A stretch of DNA of 45,020 nt, from the NCBI GenBank assembly GCA_013202595.1, contig JABMPV010000229.1, forward strand, positions 1-45,020, in the 5' to 3' direction. Below are positions 32,132 through 43,296 of the stretch, in pieces; positions within the stretch are counted from its first letter, which is position 1; every line of letters starts with the position of its first letter. The notes under the pieces were generated by a model. The model did not search any database and was not told the DNA's origin. It saw only the letters and a program-made list of their open reading frames with translations. Made by a program: the position numbers and the translations under genes. This stretch comes from a bacterium (GTDB taxonomy: Bacteria; Actinomycetota; Acidimicrobiia; Spongiisociales; UBA11373).

Positions 32132-32593
32132 TCATCGTCGGGGAATCGCCATCCTGTACACGATGTGGTCGGGGATGCTCTCCGTGATGGCGTCGTACAG
32201 GCTTCGCGCCCTGGCGTTGTCGATTCTCGTGGTCCAATACAGCCGGAGCCATCCGTTGCGTTCACACCTGCGGCTGATCTCGAGGATCAGGCTCGTGGCG
32301 ATTCCTGCCCGGCGATTGGGCTCAGCCACATAGAGGTCCTCCAGGTAGCACACCGGACCGTCCTCCCAGGTGTCGGCATGAGGGAGGTAGAGAGCGATTC
32401 CCGCGACCGACCCCTCGACATCGGCGACGATGCACTCGACCGGGTCGTCATCGCGGAAGATTCGATTCCACAGGAATGCGGTCAGATCTGCCGGGAGGTC
32501 TGCCTCGTAGAACACGAGGTACTGCTCCCAGAGTTCCTGCCAGGCAGACCGATCCTCCGGAAGCAGATCCCGGATCAGATGCTGAGCGGACAT
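32132..32593 (-). CDS. GNAT-family N-acetyltransferase
   Basis: I trimmed track ORF 32132..32749 to ATG 32593. VAGIALY..., CYLEDLYVAEPNRRAGIATSLI and YWTTRIDNARARSLYD form the acetyl-CoA-binding motif A region. Confidence 0.85.
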   Translation of the reverse strand: MSAQHLIRDLLPEDRSAWQELWEQYLVFYEADLPADLTAFLWNRIFRDDDPVECIVADVEGSVAGIALYLPHADTWEDGPVCYLEDLYVAEPNRRAGIATSLILEISRRCERNGWLRLYWTTRIDNARARSLYDAITESIPDHIVYRMAIPRR

Positions 32594-32681
32594 GGCGCCT
32601 CCGACGGATTCCGTGCTCGATCTCATGCTGCCACACCGCTCACACCGACCCCGCCGAGTCGCCCGCCGGGAGGCCCGGGGC

Positions 32682-35324
<2,643 letters not shown>

Positions 35325-35363
35325 ACTGCTCAGGTTCCCGGCGATCCGGCCGATGAATCTGAC

Positions 35364-35510
35364 ATGATTTGCCGGACTTGTGGATGCGGGGTCGTCTTCA
35401 CCGACGACGGCTGGCATCACGTCGACCCATCGCTCGAATGCTCACGCGTCACAGTGGTGTGGCCACCCCCGGGCGGCGACGAGGAAGACGACCAGGAAGA
35501 CGCCGCCTGA
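35364..35510 (+). CDS. possible 48-aa Cys/His-containing small protein with acidic tail (speculative)
   Basis: Below the ORF-track threshold. ATG 35364 to TGA 35508-35510 translates as MICRTCGCGVVFTDDGWHHVDPSLECSRVTVVWPPPGGDEEDDQEDAA. By hand count the third-position GC is elevated but lower than in clear genes. No obvious Shine-Dalgarno. Confidence 0.3.
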   Translation: MICRTCGCGVVFTDDGWHHVDPSLECSRVTVVWPPPGGDEEDDQEDAA

Positions 35511-35537
35511 CAGAGGATCCCGGGAGCACGCCGGCCT

Positions 35538-36047
35538 TCACCGGTCTGTATCTGAATCCGTCCCGCCCGTGACGTCGAACCCTGCGCGCTGATACAGCAG
35601 CAGCGACCGGGCATCGGACCCGACATCCAACCGGGCCCATACACGCTCGGGTTCGTGATCCCACGCGGTCTCGACGGCCGTCCAGAGCAAGTACTTCTCC
35701 AACTCGCCGCCCCGATGCTCGGGCACCGTCCCCATCTGCACGATCTCCACGCCGCCCATCTCATCGAACTCGAGTTCGAAGCATCCAACCGGCTCACCCG
35801 CCAGGTAGAGGGCGAAGAACTCGAACCCGTCGTCGTCGAGGATCTGGCGCAGTTCCTCGTCGGCGAGATCCCGGACCTCGGTCCACGGCCAATAGCCGGC
35901 AGCCGCTGTGGACAGGTACCGGTAGAACCTGACCGTCGGCTGATCCACCTTCAGCAGCATGCCCGATCGCAGCGGCCTGGGAGCAGCGACCCGGGCGGGT
36001 TCGTGCATCCGCACGACGATTGGCTCGACTGTCGGGTCACTGTCCAT
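35538..36047 (-). CDS. GNAT-family acetyltransferase
   Basis: I trimmed track ORF 35538..36323 to ATG 36047, which is preceded by GAGGAG. VGCFELEF...VEIVQMGTVPEHRGGELEKYLLWTAVETAW...LLLYQRAGF is a GNAT core. Confidence 0.8.
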   Translation of the reverse strand: MDSDPTVEPIVVRMHEPARVAAPRPLRSGMLLKVDQPTVRFYRYLSTAAAGYWPWTEVRDLADEELRQILDDDGFEFFALYLAGEPVGCFELEFDEMGGVEIVQMGTVPEHRGGELEKYLLWTAVETAWDHEPERVWARLDVGSDARSLLLYQRAGFDVTGGTDSDTDR

Positions 36048-36091
36048 CCGGCTCTCCTCACGGCAATTGTCGTCCAGAGTGCGGCCCGGCG

Positions 36092-37072
36092 TCACCCTCG
36101 CTCGCCGACGAAGCCGAATTCGACGATCAGAGCGCGGTGCGCCGACCCGATGGATGGGCCGGTCCGGCGGCTTGCCACCCCGATGTCGTCGGTGTGGAGC
36201 GCATGATCGATCGGGATCATCAGCGGCCCCGCTCCCGCTCTCCAGGTGGGTTGCAGGCCCCTGCCCTCGAGGCTGTCGGCGAATCCTGTCTCCCTGCGCA
36301 TCGACCTGTAGGCGTGGGACCACGGAGTGGCGTTGAAGTCGCCGACGACGATGGTGGGCAGTGATCGGCCGGCCGCCCAGACTCCGGCTTCGGCGAGCAC
36401 CAGATCGCGGCGGTCGGCACGGCCCGCCGACGTCGGCGACGGAGGGTGGATCGCGAGCACGTCGACGAACCTCCCGTCGAGGCCCACCCTCACCCCAACC
36501 CCCTCAACCGGCGTGAACTCCGCCCCGAGCAGAGACGCCCCCAATTCCGGACGCGCCATGACGGTGATGCCCGATACGAACGTCGGAGGCACCACCGACA
36601 CCATCCGCATCGGCAGCCCGGCAGCCGATGCCGCCGCCTCCCACTCGAAGCTGCTTTCCAGCAGGATCACCAGGTCCGGATCCTCCTCGGCGATGAAGGC
36701 CATCACATCGCCTCGTTGCGGGTTGCTGACCCCGACGTTGAACGACAGGATCTCCAGCGTCGGCTCGCCTCCCGGTGGCGTAAGAGGGATGCCGGTGAGG
36801 AACGGCCAGAGCGTGATCAGGTTGAGCGCGGCCGCGACACCGAGGGCGCCAGTCAGTTGGAACTGCCGCGCGAGAGCGGCCGCTCCGACGAGCACGACCG
36901 TGACGAGGAACATCTGCGGCCGGAAGTTAGCCACGAGATCGAACACCCACCACAGCCTGCCGAGGAACCCGGCAACCGTGAGGAACAGCGCCCCTCCACC
37001 CAGGGCGAGCACGACGGTACCGGCGACACGCGTCAGTGTTGAGACGGCAGGCCCGCCGTCCGATGAGGTCAT
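36092..37072 (-). CDS. membrane-anchored endonuclease/exonuclease/phosphatase (EEP) family protein
   Basis: I trimmed track ORF 36092..37237 to ATG 37072. It has about 4 N-terminal TM helices and then EEP motifs (LEILSFNV, DLVILLES, VVGDFNATPWS, PIDHAL). Confidence 0.8.
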   Translation of the reverse strand: MTSSDGGPAVSTLTRVAGTVVLALGGGALFLTVAGFLGRLWWVFDLVANFRPQMFLVTVVLVGAAALARQFQLTGALGVAAALNLITLWPFLTGIPLTPPGGEPTLEILSFNVGVSNPQRGDVMAFIAEEDPDLVILLESSFEWEAAASAAGLPMRMVSVVPPTFVSGITVMARPELGASLLGAEFTPVEGVGVRVGLDGRFVDVLAIHPPSPTSAGRADRRDLVLAEAGVWAAGRSLPTIVVGDFNATPWSHAYRSMRRETGFADSLEGRGLQPTWRAGAGPLMIPIDHALHTDDIGVASRRTGPSIGSAHRALIVEFGFVGERG

Positions 37073-37100
37073 CGCTCTCCGTCTCTGGACGGGCCGGACC

Positions 37101-38912
37101 CTAGAAGACCTCGTGGGCGAGCGCCATGACCTCGCCCTGCTCCTCCTCGGCGAGGCGGCGGCGCCGTGCCGTCTTAGGCAGGACGGTCCTGGCGAACCAG
37201 CGTGCCGAGGCGACCTTGCCCTCGTAGAAGCCGACATCGGCCCCCGTGGCCCCGTCGAGCGCCGCCAGGGCGATCTCGGCGTGCTTGATGAGCAGCCACC
37301 CGATCACGACCTCCGACAGGCTGTCCAGCATGCTGTTGGTGTGAAGCCCGACCTTGTAGATCGACTCGGGCTCGGCCTGGGCCCCCATCAGGTTGCCTAC
37401 CATCACACCCAACTGCCCCTGGATGTCGTCCATCGCCGCTCCAAGGCGCTCACGCTCCACGGCCAGCGAATCGTCGGTGTCCCCACCCTTGACCGTCTCG
37501 GTGATCTCGGCCGCGAGTCGCATCAGCGTCTCGCCCCGGTCACGGGCGATCTTGCGGAAGAACAGGTCCATCGCCTGGATGCCGGTCGTGCCCTCGTAGA
37601 GGGTGTCGATCTTGGCATCGCGGGCGTACTGCTCGATCGGGTAGTCCCTCGTGTAGCCGGAGCCACCGAAGACCTGAATGGACTGGCCGATGAGGTCGTA
37701 TGCCCGCTCCGAGCAGTACCCCTTGACCAGCGGGAGCAGCAGGTCCTCCAGCTTGGTCCAGTACGGCTCGTCTGGATCGAGCCTGACCTTGTCGGCGATC
37801 GCAGCCGTGTACGAGACCAGAGCCCGCATGCCCTCGGCATGGCTCTTCTGATCCATCAGCAGCCGGCGCACGTCGGGATGGTCGATGATCGAGACCCTGG
37901 CGGCTTCGGGGTCCCTGGCGTTGGCCAGATCCGGACCCTGCTTGCGCTCCTTGGCGTAATCCAGGGCATTGAGGTAGGCCGTCGACAGCGTGGCCATCGA
38001 CTTGGTGCCGACCAGCATCCTGGCATCCTCGATGACCATGAACATCTGGCGAATGCCTTCGTGCGATCCGCCGACGAGGTAGCCGACACAGGGCTGTTCC
38101 ATCCCGAAGGTCAGTTCGGTCGTCGTCGAAGCCCGGATGCCCATCTTGTCTTCGAGGTTGGTGGCGAACACACCGTTGCGCTCGCCGAGCGATCCGTCGG
38201 GATTCACCAGGAACTTGGGAACGATGAACATCGACAGGCCCTTGGTGCCGGGGCCGGCTCCCTCTGGTCGGGCGAGCACCAGGTGGATGATGTTGGGGTG
38301 ATAGTCCTGCTCGCCGCTGGTGATGAACCGCTTCACGCCTTCGAGGTGATAGGTGTCGCCCTCGACGTGATATGCCTTCGTGGTGCCGGCGCCGACATCC
38401 GATCCGGCGTCCGCCTCGGTCAGCACCATCGTGCCGCCCCACGGGCCCTCGACCATGGGCATGGCGAACATCTCACGCTGCTCGGGGGTACCCAATTCGT
38501 CGATGACCGCCGCCATCAGCACACCCGACACATAGAAGTAGACGCCGGGATTGGATCCGACGATCATCTCGGCCGCGGCCCAGCGCACCGAAGGCGGAGA
38601 ACCGGCCCCACCGAGGGACTCGGGAAGCGCAAAGCGATCCCAGCCGCCTTCGTAATAGGCATCGAGGCTCTTCTTGACCGACTCGGGAAGCCGCACCTCG
38701 CCGTCGACGAGTTCGAGTTTGATACGATCGCCATCGACGAAGGACTCGGCGAGATCCTCGATCGACAGGCGCTCCACTTCGCGCAGCAGATCCTTGACGA
38801 TGTCCGGGTCGAAACCGGAGAACTGCCCATTGGCGAGGGTGTCCTGCACCCTGTTGGCCTCGAACAGGTTGAACAAGATGTCCCGGAGGTTGGTCCGGTA
38901 GTGGCTCGTCAT
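37101..38912 (-). CDS. large acyl-CoA dehydrogenase (FadE5-like, with C-terminal extension)
   Basis: I trimmed track ORF 37101..38987 to ATG 38912. MTSHYRTNLRDILFNLFE..., GGTMVLTEADAGSDVG, GVKRFITSGE, KGLSMFIVPK, NLEDKMGIRASTTTELTF, GGSGYTRDYPIEQYARDAKIDTLYEGTTGIQ. Confidence 0.92.
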   Translation of the reverse strand: MTSHYRTNLRDILFNLFEANRVQDTLANGQFSGFDPDIVKDLLREVERLSIEDLAESFVDGDRIKLELVDGEVRLPESVKKSLDAYYEGGWDRFALPESLGGAGSPPSVRWAAAEMIVGSNPGVYFYVSGVLMAAVIDELGTPEQREMFAMPMVEGPWGGTMVLTEADAGSDVGAGTTKAYHVEGDTYHLEGVKRFITSGEQDYHPNIIHLVLARPEGAGPGTKGLSMFIVPKFLVNPDGSLGERNGVFATNLEDKMGIRASTTTELTFGMEQPCVGYLVGGSHEGIRQMFMVIEDARMLVGTKSMATLSTAYLNALDYAKERKQGPDLANARDPEAARVSIIDHPDVRRLLMDQKSHAEGMRALVSYTAAIADKVRLDPDEPYWTKLEDLLLPLVKGYCSERAYDLIGQSIQVFGGSGYTRDYPIEQYARDAKIDTLYEGTTGIQAMDLFFRKIARDRGETLMRLAAEITETVKGGDTDDSLAVERERLGAAMDDIQGQLGVMVGNLMGAQAEPESIYKVGLHTNSMLDSLSEVVIGWLLIKHAEIALAALDGATGADVGFYEGKVASARWFARTVLPKTARRRRLAEEEQGEVMALAHEVF

Positions 38913-38971
38913 GCTGGGGCGCCTCTCGTCGGCCCGGCGCTCGATCGCTCCCGGGCGGTCATCGTGCTGAG

Positions 38972-38995
38972 TTGAGTGTACCCTCAAGTTTTGAG
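38972..38995. promoter_or_regulatory. interlocked inverted repeats TTGAG-N6-CTCAA-N3-TTGAG, a candidate TetR operator in the fadE/tetR divergent region
   Basis: TTGAG 38972-38976, CTCAA 38983-38987, TTGAG 38991-38995. This is the lowest-GC part of the 160-nt divergent intergenic region. The arms are short, so chance is possible. Confidence 0.3.
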
Positions 38996-39072
38996 CGAGT
39001 CATCAAGAATCGCGTAGTATCCGGGACGGAATCTCCCGACCGAATTGCAGAACTCGCGCCCCTGGAGGTGAC

Positions 39073-39618
39073 ATGGCCCGATCACGAGCCGGAATCGAGA
39101 CCCGACGTCGCATCCTCGATGCGATCAGGGAACTGCTCGCGTTGAAGGGCCCGGAGGGGACCACACTGAAAGCCATCTGCGACCAGGCCGACGTACAGCC
39201 CGGTTCGTTCTACAACCTGTTCGAGAGCAAGGAACAGGCCATCCTCACAGTCGTCCGCGAAGCGATCGAGGCCGTCGACCCCGACCCCGGTCACGAGGGC
39301 ATAGACACGATGGCGGATCTGGTCCAGGCCTACATCAGGTTCATGGAGGACGATCCATCGCTCGCCCGCATCTACATCAGCATCGCCGTGGGCGGTGGTG
39401 TCAGCGATACCCGCCTCGAAGGCAGGGTCCGACGCCACCACAGGGAACGGGCCGCCCGCTTCGCCGACGCCTTCGCCCGCGAGCACTCCGATCTCCCCAA
39501 GGATCGGGCCCGCCGCCGCGGCGAGTTGCTCCTGGCAGCCCTCAACGGACTAGCACTCAGCGGTCTCATCGACGACGAGTTCGACTTCAGAGGCCACGCC
39601 CTCGAGTTGCTCCACTAG
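39073..39618 (+). CDS. TetR/AcrR-family transcriptional regulator
   Basis: N-terminal HTH RRRILDAIRELLALKGPEGTTLKAICDQADVQPGSFYNLFESKEQAI. It is divergent from the acyl-CoA dehydrogenase gene. Confidence 0.9.
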   Translation: MARSRAGIETRRRILDAIRELLALKGPEGTTLKAICDQADVQPGSFYNLFESKEQAILTVVREAIEAVDPDPGHEGIDTMADLVQAYIRFMEDDPSLARIYISIAVGGGVSDTRLEGRVRRHHRERAARFADAFAREHSDLPKDRARRRGELLLAALNGLALSGLIDDEFDFRGHALELLH

Positions 39619-39679
39619 ATCGAGTCGACCGCGGCCCCCGAGATGGACCGGTACGGTTGAGTCATCGAGGGGAGGGTCC

Positions 39680-40033
39680 ATGCGGAATTGGCTCATGGTC
39701 GTGGTCGTGGCGCTGCTGCTCGCAGGCTGCGGAGACGGCGGCACAGAGACCAGTATCGAGGTCCGGGAGAATGCGACGTTCTGCTCGGTCTTCGACGGGG
39801 GGTACTCCACGGCACTCTCCGAGGCCGTCCCGATCACCGATGATTCCTTCAATGATCGAATCGGTCACATTGTCGCCTGGGCCGGCGTCCTCGTAGACCT
39901 GGCGCCCGATGAGATCGCTTCCGAGGCCGGGGACAACCTGAAGTACCACGAGGCGCAGGCCGCCGTGGAATCAGCCACCGACTTCATTCCCGGGAGCAAC
40001 GCCATGCATGCCTGGGCACATGACAGCTGCTGA
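39680..40033 (+). CDS. small lipoprotein, hypothetical
   Basis: Signal peptide with lipobox MRNWLMVVVVALLLAGC (Cys17). I recognise no family. Confidence 0.7.
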   Translation: MRNWLMVVVVALLLAGCGDGGTETSIEVRENATFCSVFDGGYSTALSEAVPITDDSFNDRIGHIVAWAGVLVDLAPDEIASEAGDNLKYHEAQAAVESATDFIPGSNAMHAWAHDSC

Positions 40034-40084
40034 GGTTTCGGCCCGGACGACCCAACGGCCGGGCGTCCGTCATAGGATGCGCTC

Positions 40085-40711
40085 ATGAAGGACGTCACCA
40101 GAGAACTCTGGGCCAAGCAGGATCAGCACAAAGACGACCACTGGCGACTCTTCCGGGCAATCTCGGAATGGACGGACATCGAGACCGTCCTCTACCCCGG
40201 TTCCTTCGTCGATATCGCACCGTCCTTCCTGTGGCCTTCCGTCACCTACCTCGACTCCGATCGCAGGGCCGAGACCTTCTTCTCCGACAGGAGTGGGGTC
40301 AAGGAGATCATCCGGACTCACCGCGGTTCGCCGAGGAGCCCAAAGCTGGACTTCATCAGAGCGGACTACACCCTGCCGTTCGACCTCCCCGAACGATCGT
40401 TCGACTTCCTCATCTCGCTGTACGCCGGCTTCGTGTCGGAGCACTGTTCGAAGTACCTGAAGGTCGGCGGGACACTGCTGGTCAACTCCAGCCATGGCGA
40501 CGCCGCGATGGCGACGCTCGACCCCGCATATCAACTCGCCGCGGTGGTGATCACTCGTTCGGGTGACTACCGGATAGACGACCAGGACCTCGATGCATTC
40601 CTCATCCCCAAGACGCCCGTGGAGATCACGCCCGAGTACCTGCACGAGAGGGGCAAGGGGATCCTGTACACCAGATCGCCCTTCGCCTACCTGTTCCGGC
40701 GCATCTCCTGA
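40085..40711 (+). CDS. hypothetical protein with a class I methyltransferase-like (Rossmann) motif pattern
   Basis: VLYPGSFVDIAPSF (motif I-like), YLDSD (acidic end of beta-2), IRADY, FDFLISLYAG and LKVGGTLLVN appear in the expected order. The assignment is tentative. Confidence 0.5.
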   Translation: MKDVTRELWAKQDQHKDDHWRLFRAISEWTDIETVLYPGSFVDIAPSFLWPSVTYLDSDRRAETFFSDRSGVKEIIRTHRGSPRSPKLDFIRADYTLPFDLPERSFDFLISLYAGFVSEHCSKYLKVGGTLLVNSSHGDAAMATLDPAYQLAAVVITRSGDYRIDDQDLDAFLIPKTPVEITPEYLHERGKGILYTRSPFAYLFRRIS

Positions 40712-40735
40712 GCCGGCGTCTTCAGTAGTGGGCGG

Positions 40736-41899
40736 TCAACGGACAGCGTCGGACAGGCGATCGATTGCCGTGACGATCCGGTCGGTCGGGGCGGCGATCG
40801 TCATCCTCGCGAATCCGGCACCCTCTCGACCAAACCAGTGCCCCGGACTGAGGGCCAGGCGAGCGGATGTGGCCAGCCACTCCGCCAGTTCGGGGACATC
40901 CATGCCCAGGGCCCGGAAGTCGAGCCATGCCAGGTAGGTGCCTTCCGGTTCGATGAGTTCGATCCCGTCGGGCAGACCATCTCGCAACAGGGCCGCGTTT
41001 CCCGCGATCAGAGTCAGCAGTTCATCGAGCCACCCTGCACCATCGGCGTAGCCGGCGGTGAACGCCGCTATCCCGAAGACGTTGTTGCGGGTCAGGTGAA
41101 AGCGGCTGCTCGCATCCCGGAACGCTGCGCTCACGTCCTCGTCATCCGAGATCATCAGCGTGTCGCACAACCCGGCGATCCCGAACGTCTTGATCGGCCC
41201 ATGGATTGCAGCCCAGGAGACCCCGGTACCTTCGGAAGCACTGGCGAACGGCACCCACGCATGCGGAGCGAGAGCGAGATCGGCGTGGATCTCATCGGCG
41301 ATCACGAACACATCGTGTCGCGCGCAGATCTCAGCCACCGCAACCAGTTCGTCCAGCGACCAGACCCGGCCGACCGGATTGTGAGGATTGCAGAGGATCA
41401 TGAGACGGTTTGCCGGGTCGGCGGCCCTCGCCTCGAGATCGGCCAGATCCATCTCGTACCGGCCCCCGGTGATGACGAGTGGGTTCTTGACCACCTCCCG
41501 GTCTGCTCCCACCACGAGGGGCTTGAAGTCGGTGAACACCGGCGGCTGCAGGATCACGCCGTCGCCCGGCGACGTGAGGCGGTCGACCAGCACCCCGATC
41601 GTGGTCCCGACACTCGGGCTCACCGTCGTGATGAGATCCGATCCCGTCCAACCGTGCCGGTCGGAGGCCCAGGACCAGAACGCATCGATGACCTCACCGG
41701 GCCTCGTCTCGTACCCATACCACCCGGTCCCGGCTCGCGACCGCATGGCTTCCACGATCGCCGGGGCCAGGTCCACGTATGGCTCGGCGATCCACAGCGG
41801 CAGGAGATCGTCCACCTCCCCAAAGAGCGCCGACAATCGGTTCTCGTCGGTCGCCAACGTCGCCGGCGTCAGTCGGTCACCAGGTGGCAATGAAGTCAT
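40736..41899 (-). CDS. PatB/MalY-type PLP-dependent C-S lyase (cystathionine beta-lyase-like aminotransferase fold)
   Basis: LWIAEPYVDLAPAI, YGYETRPGE, ILCNPHNPVGRVW, VIADEIHADL, HGPIKTFGIAG (PLP lysine) and FARMTIA. Confidence 0.85.
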   Translation of the reverse strand: MTSLPPGDRLTPATLATDENRLSALFGEVDDLLPLWIAEPYVDLAPAIVEAMRSRAGTGWYGYETRPGEVIDAFWSWASDRHGWTGSDLITTVSPSVGTTIGVLVDRLTSPGDGVILQPPVFTDFKPLVVGADREVVKNPLVITGGRYEMDLADLEARAADPANRLMILCNPHNPVGRVWSLDELVAVAEICARHDVFVIADEIHADLALAPHAWVPFASASEGTGVSWAAIHGPIKTFGIAGLCDTLMISDDEDVSAAFRDASSRFHLTRNNVFGIAAFTAGYADGAGWLDELLTLIAGNAALLRDGLPDGIELIEPEGTYLAWLDFRALGMDVPELAEWLATSARLALSPGHWFGREGAGFARMTIAAPTDRIVTAIDRLSDAVR

Positions 41900-42113
41900 C
41901 GAGCCATCCTACGAGCGCAGAGTCCCGGGTCCCGACGAAACCCGGGGCAGAGATTCCAGGGGTCTCCCGGAACCCTGTCACAACCTCCGGATTCGATCAC
42001 CGGCTCGACCTCAGGATCTCCAGATCATCCCGGCTCGTCGGAAAGAGCCGACCGGAACGCCAGTCGTGATTCGACCTGGATCCGGTGTACTGCTGCATCG
42101 GTAGGGTTCTCCC

Positions 42114-43202
42114 ATGCCGATGAGTGACCTCGAATCGCGGGTGCAGACGATGGTCGACCGCTACGTCAGCAGGGGGCAGGCGCACGGCATCGTGGCGGGT
42201 ATCCAGTCTGAGAACGGTCACATCGATGCTGCTGCGGCTGCCGGCTTCTGTGATGTCGACGGCTCAGCCGAGATGACCCCCGATACGCCCTACCACCTGG
42301 CGAGCATCACGAAGATGTACACGGCAACAGCGGTCATGAAGCTGGCAGGATCTCGAGAGATCGACCTCGATTCGCCGATCTCCGAGTACCTCGGCGAGGA
42401 CCTCGTCGAAGGCATCCACGTCATCGATGGCACAGATCACGGCGGGTCGATCACGGTTGCCCAACTGCTCGATCAGACCAGCGGACTGGCCGACTACTTC
42501 GACGGCACACCGAAGGGTGGATCGAGTCTGGCGGATGACCTCAGGCAGGGCCGGGATCGAGCACTCACGATCGGCGATGTCTGCGCAATAGTGCGCCTTC
42601 TGTCCCCAGAGTTCGCTCCGGGTGCCGGAGATGGCCGGAGGGCCCACTACAGCGACACCAACTATTCGCTGCTGGGAGCGATCATCGAGGCGGTCACCGG
42701 TAGGAACGTCGCCGGGACGTTCAAGGAGACGATCTTCGAGCCGCTCGGTTTGCAGCACACCTACGTCTTCGACCACACGCTGACACAGCCGGCGCCGGCT
42801 GCCATGTACTTCAAAGCTCGCGCTCTGGATATCCCGCTGGCCATGTCGTCGTTTGCGCCGGACGGGGGTGTTGTGTCGACACTGGTCGAGAGCTTGCGAT
42901 TCCTCCGGGCCCTCTTCGGCGGAGAGTTGCTGACCGGGGATCAGTTGGCGCTCATGACGCAGCAGTGGAATCCGATCTTCTTCCCCCTCGAGTACGGCGG
43001 AGGCCTGATGCGGTTCGCAGTGCCCCGCTGGATGTCACCCTTCAAGGCCCCGCCAGGGTTGATCGGGCATTCCGGTTCCACCGGGTCGTTCGCCTTCCAC
43101 GATCCCAAGAGAGCCATCTATGTCGCCGGCACGTTCAACCAGATGGAGAACCCCGGCCGGCCGTACCGGCTCATGACCCGGATGATCGACCTTCTGGACT
43201 GA
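42114..43202 (+). CDS. serine hydrolase, beta-lactamase/penicillin-binding (class C-like) family
   Basis: SxxK nucleophile motif in HLASITKMYTA, HYSDTNYSLLG (Y-x-N region) and IGHSGSTGSFAF (H/KxG triad region). Confidence 0.85.
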   Translation: MPMSDLESRVQTMVDRYVSRGQAHGIVAGIQSENGHIDAAAAAGFCDVDGSAEMTPDTPYHLASITKMYTATAVMKLAGSREIDLDSPISEYLGEDLVEGIHVIDGTDHGGSITVAQLLDQTSGLADYFDGTPKGGSSLADDLRQGRDRALTIGDVCAIVRLLSPEFAPGAGDGRRAHYSDTNYSLLGAIIEAVTGRNVAGTFKETIFEPLGLQHTYVFDHTLTQPAPAAMYFKARALDIPLAMSSFAPDGGVVSTLVESLRFLRALFGGELLTGDQLALMTQQWNPIFFPLEYGGGLMRFAVPRWMSPFKAPPGLIGHSGSTGSFAFHDPKRAIYVAGTFNQMENPGRPYRLMTRMIDLLD

Positions 43203-43296
43203 GTCCACCCGGCCGCTCTCATCGGAGGCCGTGACTCCGGTCGGGTTCAAGAGCCCGACGACCTCTCGAATCCCCCCGGACGCACCGGGCGGGCGT

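Noticed and set aside
36327-38975. 882-aa + ORF (36327..38975). Other very long antisense ORFs include 30683..32089 -, 32722..33954 -, 34239..35240 -, 23987..25195 -, 19096..20043 -, 16829..17947 - and 20830..21690 -.
   Set aside because: Each lies opposite a gene with unmistakable family motifs (FadE, EEP, ProC, alkylation repair, MetY, MetX, HdrD-like, MalF, GGDEF-EAL). The translations are low-complexity (R/P/G/D/H-rich), as expected for stop-poor antisense frames in high-GC DNA.
43240-43259. tRNA T-arm-like hairpin GTCGGG-TTCAAGAG-CCCGAC between the serine hydrolase and RdhA-like genes.
   Set aside because: The loop is 8 nt rather than 7. No acceptor, D or anticodon arms can be drawn in the flanking about 70 nt. 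It is more likely a weak terminator hairpin between convergent genes.
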